Under the pieces are notes generated by a model, which had not been told where the DNA came from, did no database searches, and saw only the letters and a program-made list of their open reading frames with translations. Made by a program: the position numbers and the translations under genes. From Eledone cirrhosa (lineage: Eukaryota), in NCBI GenBank assembly GCA_964016885.1, contig OZ024746.1:14198001-14262000 (forward strand): a stretch of DNA of 64,000 nucleotides, in the 5' to 3' direction. Position 1 is the first letter of the stretch, and every line of letters begins with the position of its first letter. Positions 29,995-42,572 of the stretch are shown here, in pieces.

Positions 29995-30598
29995 CAGGTC
30001 ACCAGTTGGTGCTACTGGTAACATGTATCCCAGTTCAACCCGTCTCATGGTCGGGTCGTTGGCGACTAAACTGGCAACCCCACCAAGGTCTCTTGGTGAG
30101 GAGGGTGACTTTGGACATCCTGCAGGACTAAAAACAAAACCTGTCAAAGGGCAAAGGACCTCTTAAGAGTCAATGGCCATCCAAAATCACCGGGAGAGAT
30201 GACCCCTTAGCCTTTGTCAAGGCAGAATTCTAGGAGAAGGAAAACTCTGATATAACACCTGCAACTCTGATGGTATCCAATGATGTTGACTTGTTCTTCT
30301 TTTTGGTAAATATCATCTTGGTTAAGAGAGTGGGACTGGCTTTGTGCAGTGCCTTTGCTCACTATAAAAGCTTCACGGCACAGGCATTGCTTTATATCTG
30401 GAGATCTCTCTGCACTTGTCGTCACATGGTACCATGGGCCCAGCACTATGTGTCAATAATTGTCACAAGTATAGTGTTTGTACCAGAGTTTTCAAGTCGC
30501 TGGCTGGACTAAAAAGTCACGCTTGTTCAGCGCATCGGTAGGGGTTCTCCTACATGGATATAAAGTAGTGGCCGTACTCGAAAACGAGTTGGCAGCCA

Positions 30599-30603
<5 letters not shown>
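29995..30603 (+). mobile_element. RTE 5'UTR-like non-coding element, copy 2
   Basis: CTAGGAGAAGGAAAACTCTGA motif; bounded by (TA)n. Confidence 0.6.
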
Positions 30604-30652
<49 letters not shown>

Positions 30653-30942
30653 AGTAAAATGACAGGGGCCGAACAGGTGAATTTCCTTCAAAGATTTATT
30701 ATAGCAAACACTATGTAGATTTCAGTGGCCGGGGGGGGGGGGATACTATTTGAGAAAAACAACACGTATTTATTTTAGAGAAATGGTGGTCAGTGGGTAT
30801 GTTAGATCATAGAGAGGTTTAGAAAGGGTGGTAATTATTGTAAATTTTGAGTGGACATGTGTATGTGAGTGTGTGTGTATGTATATTGACTCTCTCCCTC
30901 AATATATATATATAAAGAGAGAGGGGAGGGGGGGTTAACTTC

Positions 30943-31239
30943 AATCGAGGTCAGTGTTGCAACATATGTACCTAACTTTATTGATTGGCATATTACAATT
31001 CGTTCGATATCGATCAGCTCAAGGTTCAATCATAATGACCGGGACCCAACTCTTCTTCCACATCTAATCAGATATCGATATCGAAACAATTGTAATATGC
31101 CAATAAAGTTTGTATATATGCTGCAGCACTGACCTCGATTCAGCTTAATCTATTTACACTCAGCACAATACAGCCGCCTTAACTCTGAAATATAACTCAA
31201 CACGAGACGGACCTCGTAACCGTATTAACTGCTTCCAAG

Positions 31240-31245
<6 letters not shown>
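30943..31245 (+). mobile_element. Fold-back element centred on HHR stem II, with 3' tail
   Basis: Arms about 30943-31013 and 31074-31140; GAAA-CAATTG-TA at 31083-31094 then AATAAA. Confidence 0.7.
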
Positions 31246-31298
<53 letters not shown>

Positions 31299-31387
31299 CT
31301 ATAACGAAGGAAATGTGGTAAGGAACCAGGTGGACCATAACGCACCAAAGTACTCGATACTTAGGGTAGTAGAGTGGGTAATAAGAA

Positions 31388-31720
31388 CGAATTGGTGTGG
31401 TAGAGACAGGTACACGTGTTATTAAAGTGTTTTACTCCGTCAATGCTCCGATATGTCCAGCTCCTGGTTGGGTTGTTATTTCTCTGAGGAACTGGAATCA
31501 TATCATATGATTTCAGTTCCTCAGAGAAATAACAACCAGGTGGTGGACACATCAGAGCATTTACGGAGTAAAACACTTTAACAACACGTGTACCTGTCTC
31601 TACCACACCAATTCGAAATGCCAGAAAGGGTCACAGCCAATGAAGGCTGTCACCGAAATATATATAGCAATACATCTTTAATAAACGAAGCCAAATCTTA
31701 AATATTTGACTTAATTACTT

Positions 31721-31730
<10 letters not shown>
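31388..31730 (+). mobile_element. Palindrome (31388-31615) followed by a degenerate HHR and 3' tail
   Basis: TGC-CAGAAAG-GGTCACAGCC AATGAA GGCTGTCACC-GAAA-TATATA-TA-GCA at 31619-31669. Confidence 0.65.
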
Positions 31731-31801
<71 letters not shown>

Positions 31802-31982
31802 TATATATATATATATTCATATATATATATATATATATATATACATACATATATATATATAGTAATAATAATAAATGTGAAGACTAACATCCGAAGAGTG
31901 CTTGATAAGGAATATATATATATAAATATATATAGAAACCGTAGAACAAATATTTATTAAGCAGCGATACTTTAATTTGTTA

Positions 31983-32061
<79 letters not shown>

Positions 32062-32411
32062 CAGAAGTTATTTACATATCTAAAGGCGTTATATACACAT
32101 CAAATGTGGAAGTAAAAGAGAAATGGATCTACTAATTTGCATACTTTTAGTGCTTACAGTGATAATTAATTTCAATAAATAATATTTCTTGCACTAAGGC
32201 AGCTGAACTATGCTACATGTAAATTCATCTCTACTAAACTGTACAGGATGTATACGAGGTTGTGTGAAATATGTATATAAGTACACATATTATATATGCA
32301 AACATGTAAATATGTATTATGTAAGTTATTCATGTTCAATCGAGACGATGAACATCTTGATTCTAATTCAAACAAGGTAATTTTCCCGTTAATATATACA
32401 TATAAATACAT

Positions 32412-32458
<47 letters not shown>

Positions 32459-32949
32459 GGGGGGGGGCGTATTTATATGTATATATGGTGGCTGCCAACT
32501 CGTTTTCGAGTACGGCCACTTATTTATATCCATGTAGGATATATGTGTGTATTTATATATATGTATGCATATGTGAGTGTGTGTCTGTGTGCAATAATTT
32601 GGGGAGAACTAACAGGAAATAAATGAGAATTAAAACAATAGATGTAAAAGCACAGTTGTTGAAGAAGTGAATTAAACAGTCAAATAATTCTGGTGATGAC
32701 ATTAAAAATAGAGATTCAGTAAACCTACAAATATGAAGAGATAATAGAAATATTTTAACATTGCCACTTTCCGACTTTATCACCCTTTTCTTTTCTGATT
32801 TTACAGCTTTGGTCATAAGATTTGTTTATAAGAATGCTTCTTGTTTCTATTGTATTATATCATTTCCACACCACTAATCATTAATTCCGAGAAGACATGA
32901 AACTTGACATGATTATTATAGCATTGTGTCAGAAAATCCTGATGTGTAT

Positions 32950-33009
<60 letters not shown>

Positions 33010-33079
33010 AACACGCCGTGTATCATTAGATATATATAATTCATATATTTCTATGTATACAACTACTTCGGAGCGAAAA

Positions 33080-33237
<158 letters not shown>

Positions 33238-33335
33238 TCGTTACCTCATCTTACAGCCCATTTTGCATTGTTTAGCCTTCTATCTCCTTTTCACATTATA
33301 TATCAAATCAAGCAAACTTCAACATTTTATTATAC

Positions 33336-33366
<31 letters not shown>

Positions 33367-33368
<2 letters not shown>

Positions 33369-33573
33369 ACGAAGGAAGTGTGGTAAGGAACCAGGTGGAC
33401 TATAACGCACCAAAGTACTCAATACTTGGGGTAGTAGAGTGGGTAATAGGAATCAGTAAGACCCCGACGGCTGAGCTCAAGCCGTTTCGACGGCTAATTT
33501 GGACGGCTAATTATGACCAGAATTAGCCGTCGAAACGGCTTGAGCTCAGCCGTCGGGGTCTTACTGGTTCCTA
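33367..33573. mobile_element. Family A fold-back centred on HHR stem II
   Basis: GAAA-CGGCT-TGAGCTC-AGCCG-TC at 33532-33554 with an inverted copy upstream. Confidence 0.8.
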
Positions 33574-33851
33574 TATATATATATATATACTCCTGAAAAA
33601 TGTCTTCAGCAGTTTCACTGTTTCTGTCTATATAAATTGTTATATTGAAAACCGGTGCCCGTTTTGTCGTGACGCCTGCCAACAGATTTTGAGACACCCA
33701 GACAAAAGAATAGGGTATATATATATATATATATATATATAGTATGTAAGTTTGTATTTTACAAGAAAGATGAAAAGGATTCGATAGCAACGTATAACAT
33801 ATGTATTTATCATATTATATCGAATAATATAATATCGAATAATATAAAACT

Positions 33852-34038
33852 GGTGGGAAATGGCAGTATCGGTAGAGCGTCGGACGCCATGCTTTCCAGC
33901 ATAGTTACGTCCCTTTACGATCTGAGTTCAAATCCCGTCGAGTTTAACTTTGCCTTTCATCCTTACGGGGTCGATAAAATAAAGTACCAGTAATGCACTG
34001 GATAATTGCTGGCCTTGTGCCAATAGTAGAAACAATTA
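33852..34038 (+). mobile_element. Deu/Nin SINE, full length
   Basis: A/B boxes, body, tail; TSD-like ATTATATCGAATAAT. Confidence 0.9.
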
Positions 34039-34232
34039 TATCGAATAATCTCTGTTGGTATTCTGGCTTGAGTGGACACCAAACAATCACGCGTAATAAC
34101 AGAGTTGACTCTCAATAGTACACACACACACACACAGAGACACACAGAGACACACAGAGACACACACACACATACACGCACACACACATACACGCACACA
34201 CCACACACACATACACACACATATATATATAT

Positions 34233-34448
34233 ATAGTTACAACAGTGACATAAACAGGTACTTAAGTTTCGTTAGTTTCTGGCCCCCAACTCATTTAGTG
34301 TTTTTCTTATGACAGGCTGAATGGGTTGGAGGCAGGAAGCCAACGAAACTTAAGTACCTGCTTATGTCACTCTTGTAACTATTTATTTTCAACTCATCCT
34401 ATGGACTGAGTGCTCTTACTCTTGGATATTTCTACCAACCTTGTACTA

Positions 34449-34452
<4 letters not shown>
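34233..34452 (+). mobile_element. Fold-back element centred on HHR stem II, with 3' tail into (TA)n
   Basis: Inner G-U-rich stem 34271-34344, GAAA-CTTAAG-TA at 34345-34356, outer arms near identical. Confidence 0.8.
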
Positions 34453-34525
<73 letters not shown>

Positions 34526-36014
34526 CTTGTGTGTATATATGTATGTATATATATGTATGTGTGTATATATATATATATATATGTGTGTATGTGTGTGTGT
34601 GTTCGTGTGTGTGTGTGTACGTGTGTATGTGTGTTTTTATATACACACATATGTAGTGAGAGATAGATAGCTAGATGTAGAGACTGAGAGAAAGGAAGAG
34701 ATATAAAGAGAAGCGAGAGTTATGTGTACCAATATAATATTCAACTTCTAACCTATATTCTGCAGCAATGTACCAACATACTAGAATATTACCCATTGTT
34801 TAAGATATGATACAAATAACATTCTAGAATAAACTTTTCATGATTTCATGATAGCAAATTATCTGTCAGTTGATCATGCAAATATCTATTTCTTCATACA
34901 TGCCAAATAATATAATATTGTTTCAGTTATGATTCTACAACTTGAATCTTGAAGGCAATCTGATGGTGTTCTTTTATATTAGGACTGCATTTAATGCCTC
35001 CTGTTTATTGATAGATGTTCTAAAGTAATTCAGCGCAAAAGAGTCATGTTATTTGTTAAAATCTTTGTTACAATTTTACAAATGTAATGATATTTCATGT
35101 GAGAATTCACATATATTATTAATGGAAAATTCGAGTTTCCATGAAATGTATCAAACTTTTATGTAAAAGTTGCTTTAAATGTAGTCTATGGTGCGTTATC
35201 CTGTTTGGTTGTAAACAAGATGAAATGAGTTTCGCAGATATAGCTGATGATATTTGTGTTGTGTGCAGCTGTCATTTATTTGAAAACTGAAAATCTCGTA
35301 TAGAATAAATCATTAATGTGTGTGCAGTGGAGCAGAAATATTGTCATGAGAAGAGTCAGTAAGGTTATACTACATAAATGCACAATTATATGTGTATGAT
35401 AGTTAAATGGAAAACAATACAAGTTACACGGAATAGAAATCAAATTTGCTAGTGGATATTTCTCTATGATGTCTTAAATTGAGTAAAAGTTCTTTGGTTC
35501 TGTGGCTATAACAATTTGGGGTGTATTGATAAATGAGTTCTGAACATCGGAAAATCAATTTTATGAACTAAATAAATTATTTATACGGGGTAAGGAGTTT
35601 TCTTCTTACAACACACATATATGTATATACATAGATATATACACATATATATTTATACATATATCTTTTACACACACACATATATATATATGGTTGTGGA
35701 ACCAACCAACCAACGGGAAATTTATAAATTCCTAAATTTATAAATTTAATTTATAATAAATTGAAGTGAAAGAAACTGGTGCGTGTGTTTCTTATTGGCA
35801 ACATGACCCTCCCAAAGTATAACAATATCGGTTTTAACACACGTTTTCAGATAAAGAATCTTTGTTATACTTTGGGAGGGTCATGTTGCCAATAAGAAAC
35901 ACACGCACCAGTTTCTTTCACTTCAATTTATTATAAATTAAATTTATAAATTTAGGAATTTATAAATTTCCCGTTGGTTGGTTGGTTCCACAACCAGACG
36001 ATTGTTCGTATATT

Positions 36015-36057
36015 GTCAAAGTTCTTTCGTCACACATTCTGTGACCTCGTCAGTGAC
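36015..36057 (-). ncRNA. Minimal type I hammerhead
   Basis: Minus strand: GTCA-CTGACGA-GGTCACAGAATGTGTGAC-GAAA-GAAC-TT-TGAC. Confidence 0.8.
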
Positions 36058-36463
36058 TGGGGATTCTTTTCTTTGTTTTTGTGCCTCTCCTTTGTTCTGG
36101 CCTACGCCATCTTGTTTTTGTGTGTGCTGTGTGCTTAGTTTGCGCATGTATTACATCCGGGTGTCTGGGTGTGTTTATATTTGTTTCTTTATTTGTTTAT
36201 TTACATGTTACTGATTGGTTGTTTGTTCTATGTGTGTGTGCGTTTTCATTTTGTCCTTAATTGTAAGTTGTGATGTTGCTATTCCATTCATGCTTTCTAT
36301 TTAATTTTGGTTGGAGTTCATTTATGTTTATTGCTTCTGTGATTTGTCTAAACATTGTATCTTTTCTGTGTGTAGATGCAAACTAAGCACACAACACACA
36401 CAAAAATAAGATGGCGTAGGCCAGAACAAAGGAGAGGCACAAAAACAAAGAAAAGAATCCCCA

Positions 36464-36506
36464 GTCACTGAAGAGGTCACAGAATGTGTGACGAAAGAAC
36501 TTTGAC
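36464..36506 (+). ncRNA. Minimal type I hammerhead
   Basis: GTCA-CTGAAGA-GGTCACAGAATGTGTGAC-GAAA-GAAC-TT-TGAC. Confidence 0.8.
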
Positions 36507-36665
36507 AATATACGAACAATCGTCTGGTTGTGGAACCAACCAACCAACGGGAAATTTATAAATTCCTAAATTTATAAATTTAATTTATAATAAATTGAAG
36601 TGAAAGCAACTGGTGCGTGTGTTTCTTATTGGCAACATGACCCTCCCAAAGTATAACAATATATA

Positions 36666-36709
<44 letters not shown>

Positions 36710-36781
36710 AACATGTATGACCCCGACGGCAGAGCTCAAGCCGTTTCGACGGCTATTTCTGGACTTACCACAATTCCTTCG

Positions 36782-36845
<64 letters not shown>

Positions 36846-36847
36846 TT

Positions 36848-37142
36848 CAAGATCCCCTTCGGTCATGAATGTTCATGGGTTTTGAACCCACGAAGATGCC
36901 CTCTGGTGCACTTGCCTGCGCTAGGTGTTTTGTGAAAAATCACCTGACGTCCATACATACCAGTTTCTCCTCTCCACACATCTGATGTTGTCTAGTCACG
37001 TCACAGGTCGTTTTTTTTTTGCAGCTGAATGAATTGGAATTTGGAGCAACGTGAAATATAGTGTCATGCTCAAGGACACGATGCATCACCCGATCTATCT
37101 CTGGGAATCATGAGTCTTTGTCCAACGCTCCAACCCTTTGAC
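36848..37142 (-). mobile_element. Older CORE-type SINE
   Basis: GGAGCAACGTGAAATATAGTGTCATGCTCAAGGACAC matches 2833-2870. Confidence 0.65.
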
Positions 37143-37238
37143 TATATATATCTCTCTCTATATATATATATATGTGTCCCAAGGCTCTGATACCATCAAC
37201 ACTATACACACAGAGCTGGCATATCTAAGAACTGACTA

Positions 37239-37294
37239 ACTGCCTGATGAGGTCATAGCCATTCAATGGCTATCATCGAAATATATATAGCAGT
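37239..37294 (+). ncRNA. Minimal type I hammerhead, canonical core
   Basis: ACTGC-CTGATGA-GGTCATAGCCAT TCA ATGGCTATCATC-GAAA-TATATA-TA-GCAGT, then AATAAA. Confidence 0.85.
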
Positions 37295-37335
37295 AAATAA
37301 AGGATTATGAGTTCATGCAATTGACTTATGTTTCG

Positions 37336-37405
<70 letters not shown>

Positions 37406-37412
<7 letters not shown>

Positions 37413-37876
37413 GTTAGAATATGTGTAATAAGGCCAAGACAATGCAGATATGGACATAGAAAAAAGAATGCAATAGTGAGAGATATTGATGAGAATTCGT
37501 CTTTCACCTTGAATTTATTTAAATGTCCTTAATTTTCGAGATAATATCTCTTCTTCAGAGGGAAGTAAAAGTCTCAGACCAGCGTCTTAAATTTCCAATG
37601 AAGCCATGCTGACCGGAAATAGTATTTCCGGTCAGCATGGCTTCATTGGAAATTTAAGACGCTGGTCTGAGACTTTTACTTCCCTCTGAAGAAGAGATAT
37701 TATCTCGAAAATTAAGGACATTTAAATAAATTCAAGGTGAAAGACGAATTCTCATCAATATCTCTCACTATTGCATTCTTTTTTCTATGTCCATATCTGC
37801 ATTGTCTTGGCCTTATTACACATATTCTAACGTTTATACCTCATTACACAATGCTTCAAGTGAACTATAACCTCCT

Positions 37877-37880
<4 letters not shown>
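37406..37880. repeat. Apparently perfect palindrome (~215 bp arms) with an HHR-like motif in each arm
   Basis: Centre 37622; CCT-CTGAAGA-AGAGATATTATCTC-GAAA-AT-TA-AGG at 37683-37717. Confidence 0.85.
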
Positions 37881-38352
<472 letters not shown>

Positions 38353-40064
38353 AATCAAAGTTGGCGTCTCTGAGGAATTTCCTTCAATGGCTTTTTCAAA
38401 TATAATCACGACTGATTTATATTTTCCTATGAATTTCTTTTATTAAATATTCTTCACTGAAGTATTTAGAGATGTTTGGGTGTTATGCGTATGTCGGACT
38501 TACTTTGTTTTGAATATGGAATTTAAGATGTTATATACGAACGGGTAATTTTGTTTGGATTGTAAAAGTTGCAGCAACAACAAGTGTTACAGTTACGTGT
38601 TTATTTGGTGTTATATTATAAATGGCTGGTAATAGGTGCTATATGTTGCATTGTTTGGTTTTGAAATGATATAGTTTTATTTATAGTTATTTACATTTCT
38701 GATTACTTTTAAATCACTTCTATCACTCACACCAGAATGACATGAATATTTTCTCCTCTTTCGTACAATCTTCAGACACATAATAAAACTATTTAGAAGC
38801 TATTATTAGGGTTGCTGCAATCTTACATTATTTTCGCTGTATACATTATTTTGTTCATCAGAATTTATATTTCAGAAGCTCTTCTCTTGGTATGATTGAC
38901 TTGTTATTTTCTTGTTAAATATTTCATTTTCTGCAGCGTTGTTTAGTATTACTTTTTAATCCCATGCTTTGTGATTTCACATTCTAATGTTTCATTGATT
39001 TTATCATTCCATAGGCATTTGTGTTAGCTTTTAACTTAATAGGTCTCACTGTGTTCTTGTGTTACTTTTGCTGTTTATTATTTTTCTTTAGTTCTATTAG
39101 TAGTGTTTTTCTGTTTATCTACGTTACTGACGTTAATGCTTGTCTAGCTAAGATTTCAATTACAGATAACGTATACAAAAGCCCATTCTTGAGGTAATTT
39201 CATGTTAGATTATATAAGAAAAAATAAAATTTAGTTAATATTCAAAAACTCCTGTCCCTACTCATTTTAAGGCAATTTTTCTTTCTCATTATATTGAGTT
39301 TAATATTACTAGTATTCTGAAACGCCTACATTATTTTGCTGAACACATTTTGTTTAAAACTAAATGATGTTTTAATAACTATAAATTCATTTCTGTAGAT
39401 GGAAAGTGTAGGGCAACAGATAACGTAAATGTTACTCTTTCAAATTGTGATATGGTTATGTATTTTAACTAGCAAATTAATACAGTCGTTTTCACGTAGT
39501 CACACAACGTCAAACCATACCGGATTAATAAGGATAAATATATTTTGTTCAATGAGAATGTGTTATTAACGTCATGATTTTCAGAATCGGCAGCAGCTGT
39601 TTCTGATTCCTCCGCCTCTCGTTGGAATAAATCGGATTAATCATATTATGGCCTCAACATCAATATAAATAATGTCATTAGAAAACCCTCTTTGGAGTTA
39701 CAAATGTAGATAATTTTAGTACATCACTTGTTTATATAAGCTTATAGCTGCTGAGGTATCGTTATGGTCATTTGAGAGTTTTAGTGAGCATACCTTTCCC
39801 AAACGAAATAATAGCGAAAATATGTTTTTGTTTTTACTGGAACCAAATACAGAACAGTGTGATGCCAGATACACGTGTGAACCATATAGGAGCTAATCCT
39901 TATATAATTGTTTTATTTATTACTCCATTTGTATAGACTGATTACACGAAGGCTAGGATTGATGAAGCGTAGTACGCAGTAAGGTAAATATTGCCTTGGA
40001 GACAGTCGATTGGGGGAGTCCAGAAAAGAGCGTCCCTATTAATTGTTCTATGTTATTGCCTCCC

Positions 40065-40100
<36 letters not shown>

Positions 40101-40122
40101 GGGAGGCAATCATATAGAACAA

Positions 40123-40251
<129 letters not shown>

Positions 40252-40607
40252 GAATATATATAAATATATATATATATATAGATATATATATATATATTCA
40301 TTTATATATATATATATATATATCATAAATCATGTCCTTAGAATTATTAGATAAGATATATACCATTTCCTCTCCCAATTAGCATAATTAACCATATAAA
40401 AAATCAATTAGACCAGGCTATAAGAATAAAGGCTCCTATGAAGAAATATTTGATAAATAAGCAAAAGCGGCCTCTTCGCGGTGACCCCAATAGAGTATTT
40501 ACCCAATATTTCAACAGCATGTAGAAACCGACTAAATATAATGTCAACCATACACAATTAGGTGTAAATTTAAACTTAGAAGAAACGTGTACATACCGTA
40601 ATTACAT

Positions 40608-40683
40608 CTCTACCATGGTTTCGTCCGTATTTTTAGATATCCTACTATTAAGGATGAACCTAGAGTAACAGACTCATCAGGAG
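40608..40683 (-). ncRNA. Type I hammerhead ribozyme, canonical core
   Basis: Minus strand: CTC-CTGATGA-GTCTGT...ACGGAC-GAAA-CCATGG-TA-GAG. Confidence 0.8.
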
Positions 40684-41019
40684 GCAAACTCAGTCGGACA
40701 GTTAATTTTCTAAAGCGATCGCGCCAAAAATAGATTCAAAAATGGCTAAGAATCGTGACGTGGCAGTGGTCAAGTTAGAAAGAATGTGATTAGTTGCTTA
40801 CGGCGGGTAGGCTGGTTGCTAGAAAGCGCACCCCAATATCGCCCAATTGCATCTTAACCCAACGGGAGATTATTAAATATAAAGCTTTACATATACATAA
40901 AGTCACAGATATATATGTGGCAACCGGTCACGTTGTGGCTCAATGAAGAATTAATAAATTAAATAATCAGAGCAATATATCATAAATCATGTCCTTAGAA
41001 TTATATATATATATATGTC

Positions 41020-41394
41020 TAATTATAGGTAAGATGCTTCCATAGGCGGTATGGCGGTTGAGCACTCTATGTTCCGACGGAGCAGAGTATTATAGGATGG
41101 AAAACGAAAAATCAGTGATGCATCGGAACTCGATTTATTGTGTGTTACAATTGTTTCCACGGCTAACAGCTCGAGGTGTGATCTGTGTGTGGATCGACCT
41201 GACTCTAGAGTCGCAGGTTCCTCGGACACGTCTATTGATTTCGGAGTATATCCTCTTTAGACGTGTCCGATGATCTGCGATTCTAGAGTCAGGTCGATCC
41301 ACACACAGATCACACCTCGAGCTGTTAGCCGGGGAAACAATTGTAACACATAATAAATTTAGTTCCGATGCATCACTCATTTTTCGTTTTCCAT

Positions 41395-41395
<1 letters not shown>
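41020..41395. mobile_element. Family E palindromic element with an HHR in each arm
   Basis: Arms about 41098-41233 and 41259-41393; terminus 41020-41075 related to 20655-20715. Confidence 0.8.
41263..41349 (+). ncRNA. Hammerhead with CCGATGA core and long stem II
   Basis: GTGT-CCGATGA-60 nt-GAAA-CAATTG-TA-ACAC then AATAAA; mirror 41142-41229 has CCGAGGA. Confidence 0.7.
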
Positions 41396-41489
<94 letters not shown>

Positions 41490-41609
41490 GTGAGGTTTTT
41501 TTTACAAAATAAAAAATAACCGAGGCGTCCTACACGAGTGAAAGTATAAAGAAATCTGTGGTTTTTCTCACATCTGTGAGAAAAACCACAGACCCTCCAT
41601 CTCAACTCA

Positions 41610-41647
41610 CCTTTTGAAAAGCAGAAGAACTGCGAAACCGGTAAAGG
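41610..41647 (+). ncRNA. Minimal hammerhead with U3-A8 core variant (family C)
   Basis: CCTT-TTGAAAA-GCAG AAGAA CTGC-GAAA-CCGG-TA-AAGG then AATAAA; within element 41484-41720. Confidence 0.75.
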
Positions 41648-41714
41648 AACCAAATAAATATATATATTTTTTTAAAATAAGACTCCAGTTGCATTTTCGA
41701 TTTCATCCCTTTTT

Positions 41715-41762
<48 letters not shown>

Positions 41763-41797
41763 ATATATATACATACATATATATATATTTTTTTTCT

Positions 41798-41867
<70 letters not shown>

Positions 41868-41885
41868 TTATTTTTTTATTTGTAC

Positions 41886-41954
<69 letters not shown>

Positions 41955-42385
41955 TGTATGTATGTATATATACGTAACAGGCTATCTACAAAGTGAAAAA
42001 CAAAAAGGTTTATGAAGGTATCCATCCTACTTTAGAGTTGCAGAAAGGCTCTGGCAGAATAGAGAAGGTGTATCGTTAACGGAGGCTAATCGAGCTCTGG
42101 TTCAGATAGGATATCCAGGTGGATAAAGATTAGGATGGTATCATGAACAAGGTGGGTAGACGCACTAAGACATTGGTTGAGAGGAATATATATCTGGATA
42201 TTGAAGAAGTAGCGATATCACATTAGTGGCGTATTTTCCCTGGGACTAGATACAGCTTTAGACTGGTTACAATTGTTGGGCAAAGGCAGATTCTATTAGT
42301 GTATGAGGCTGATCCGAGGTTTAGTGTTCCTACAAACTTCTCCAGTCAGTCTAACCTGACCGACACTTTTCTTCTTATATACATA

Positions 42386-42572
42386 TTTGTTTCTACTTTA
42401 GGCACAAGGCCAGCAATTACCCAGTGCATTACTGGTACTTTATTTTATCGACCCCGTAAGGATGAAAGGCAAAGTCAACCTCGGCGGGATTTGAACTCAG
42501 ATCGTAAAGGGACGTAACTATGCTGGAAAGCATGGCGTCCGACCCTCTACCGATACTGCCAATCCACCGCCC
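42386..42572 (-). mobile_element. Deu/Nin SINE, full length
   Basis: Consensus match. Confidence 0.9.

Larger units (their letters stand above)
35691..36660. mobile_element. Three alternately oriented copies of an HHR-bearing Penelope-like terminus
   Basis: 35691-35825 (+), 35863-36148 (-), 36376-36660 (+). Confidence 0.85.

Noticed and set aside
30700-30730. Minus-strand GAAA-TCTACA-TA followed by AATAAA (similar case at about 12226-12255)
   Set aside because: Only a possible HHR 3' half with no identifiable core or stem I; too weak to call.
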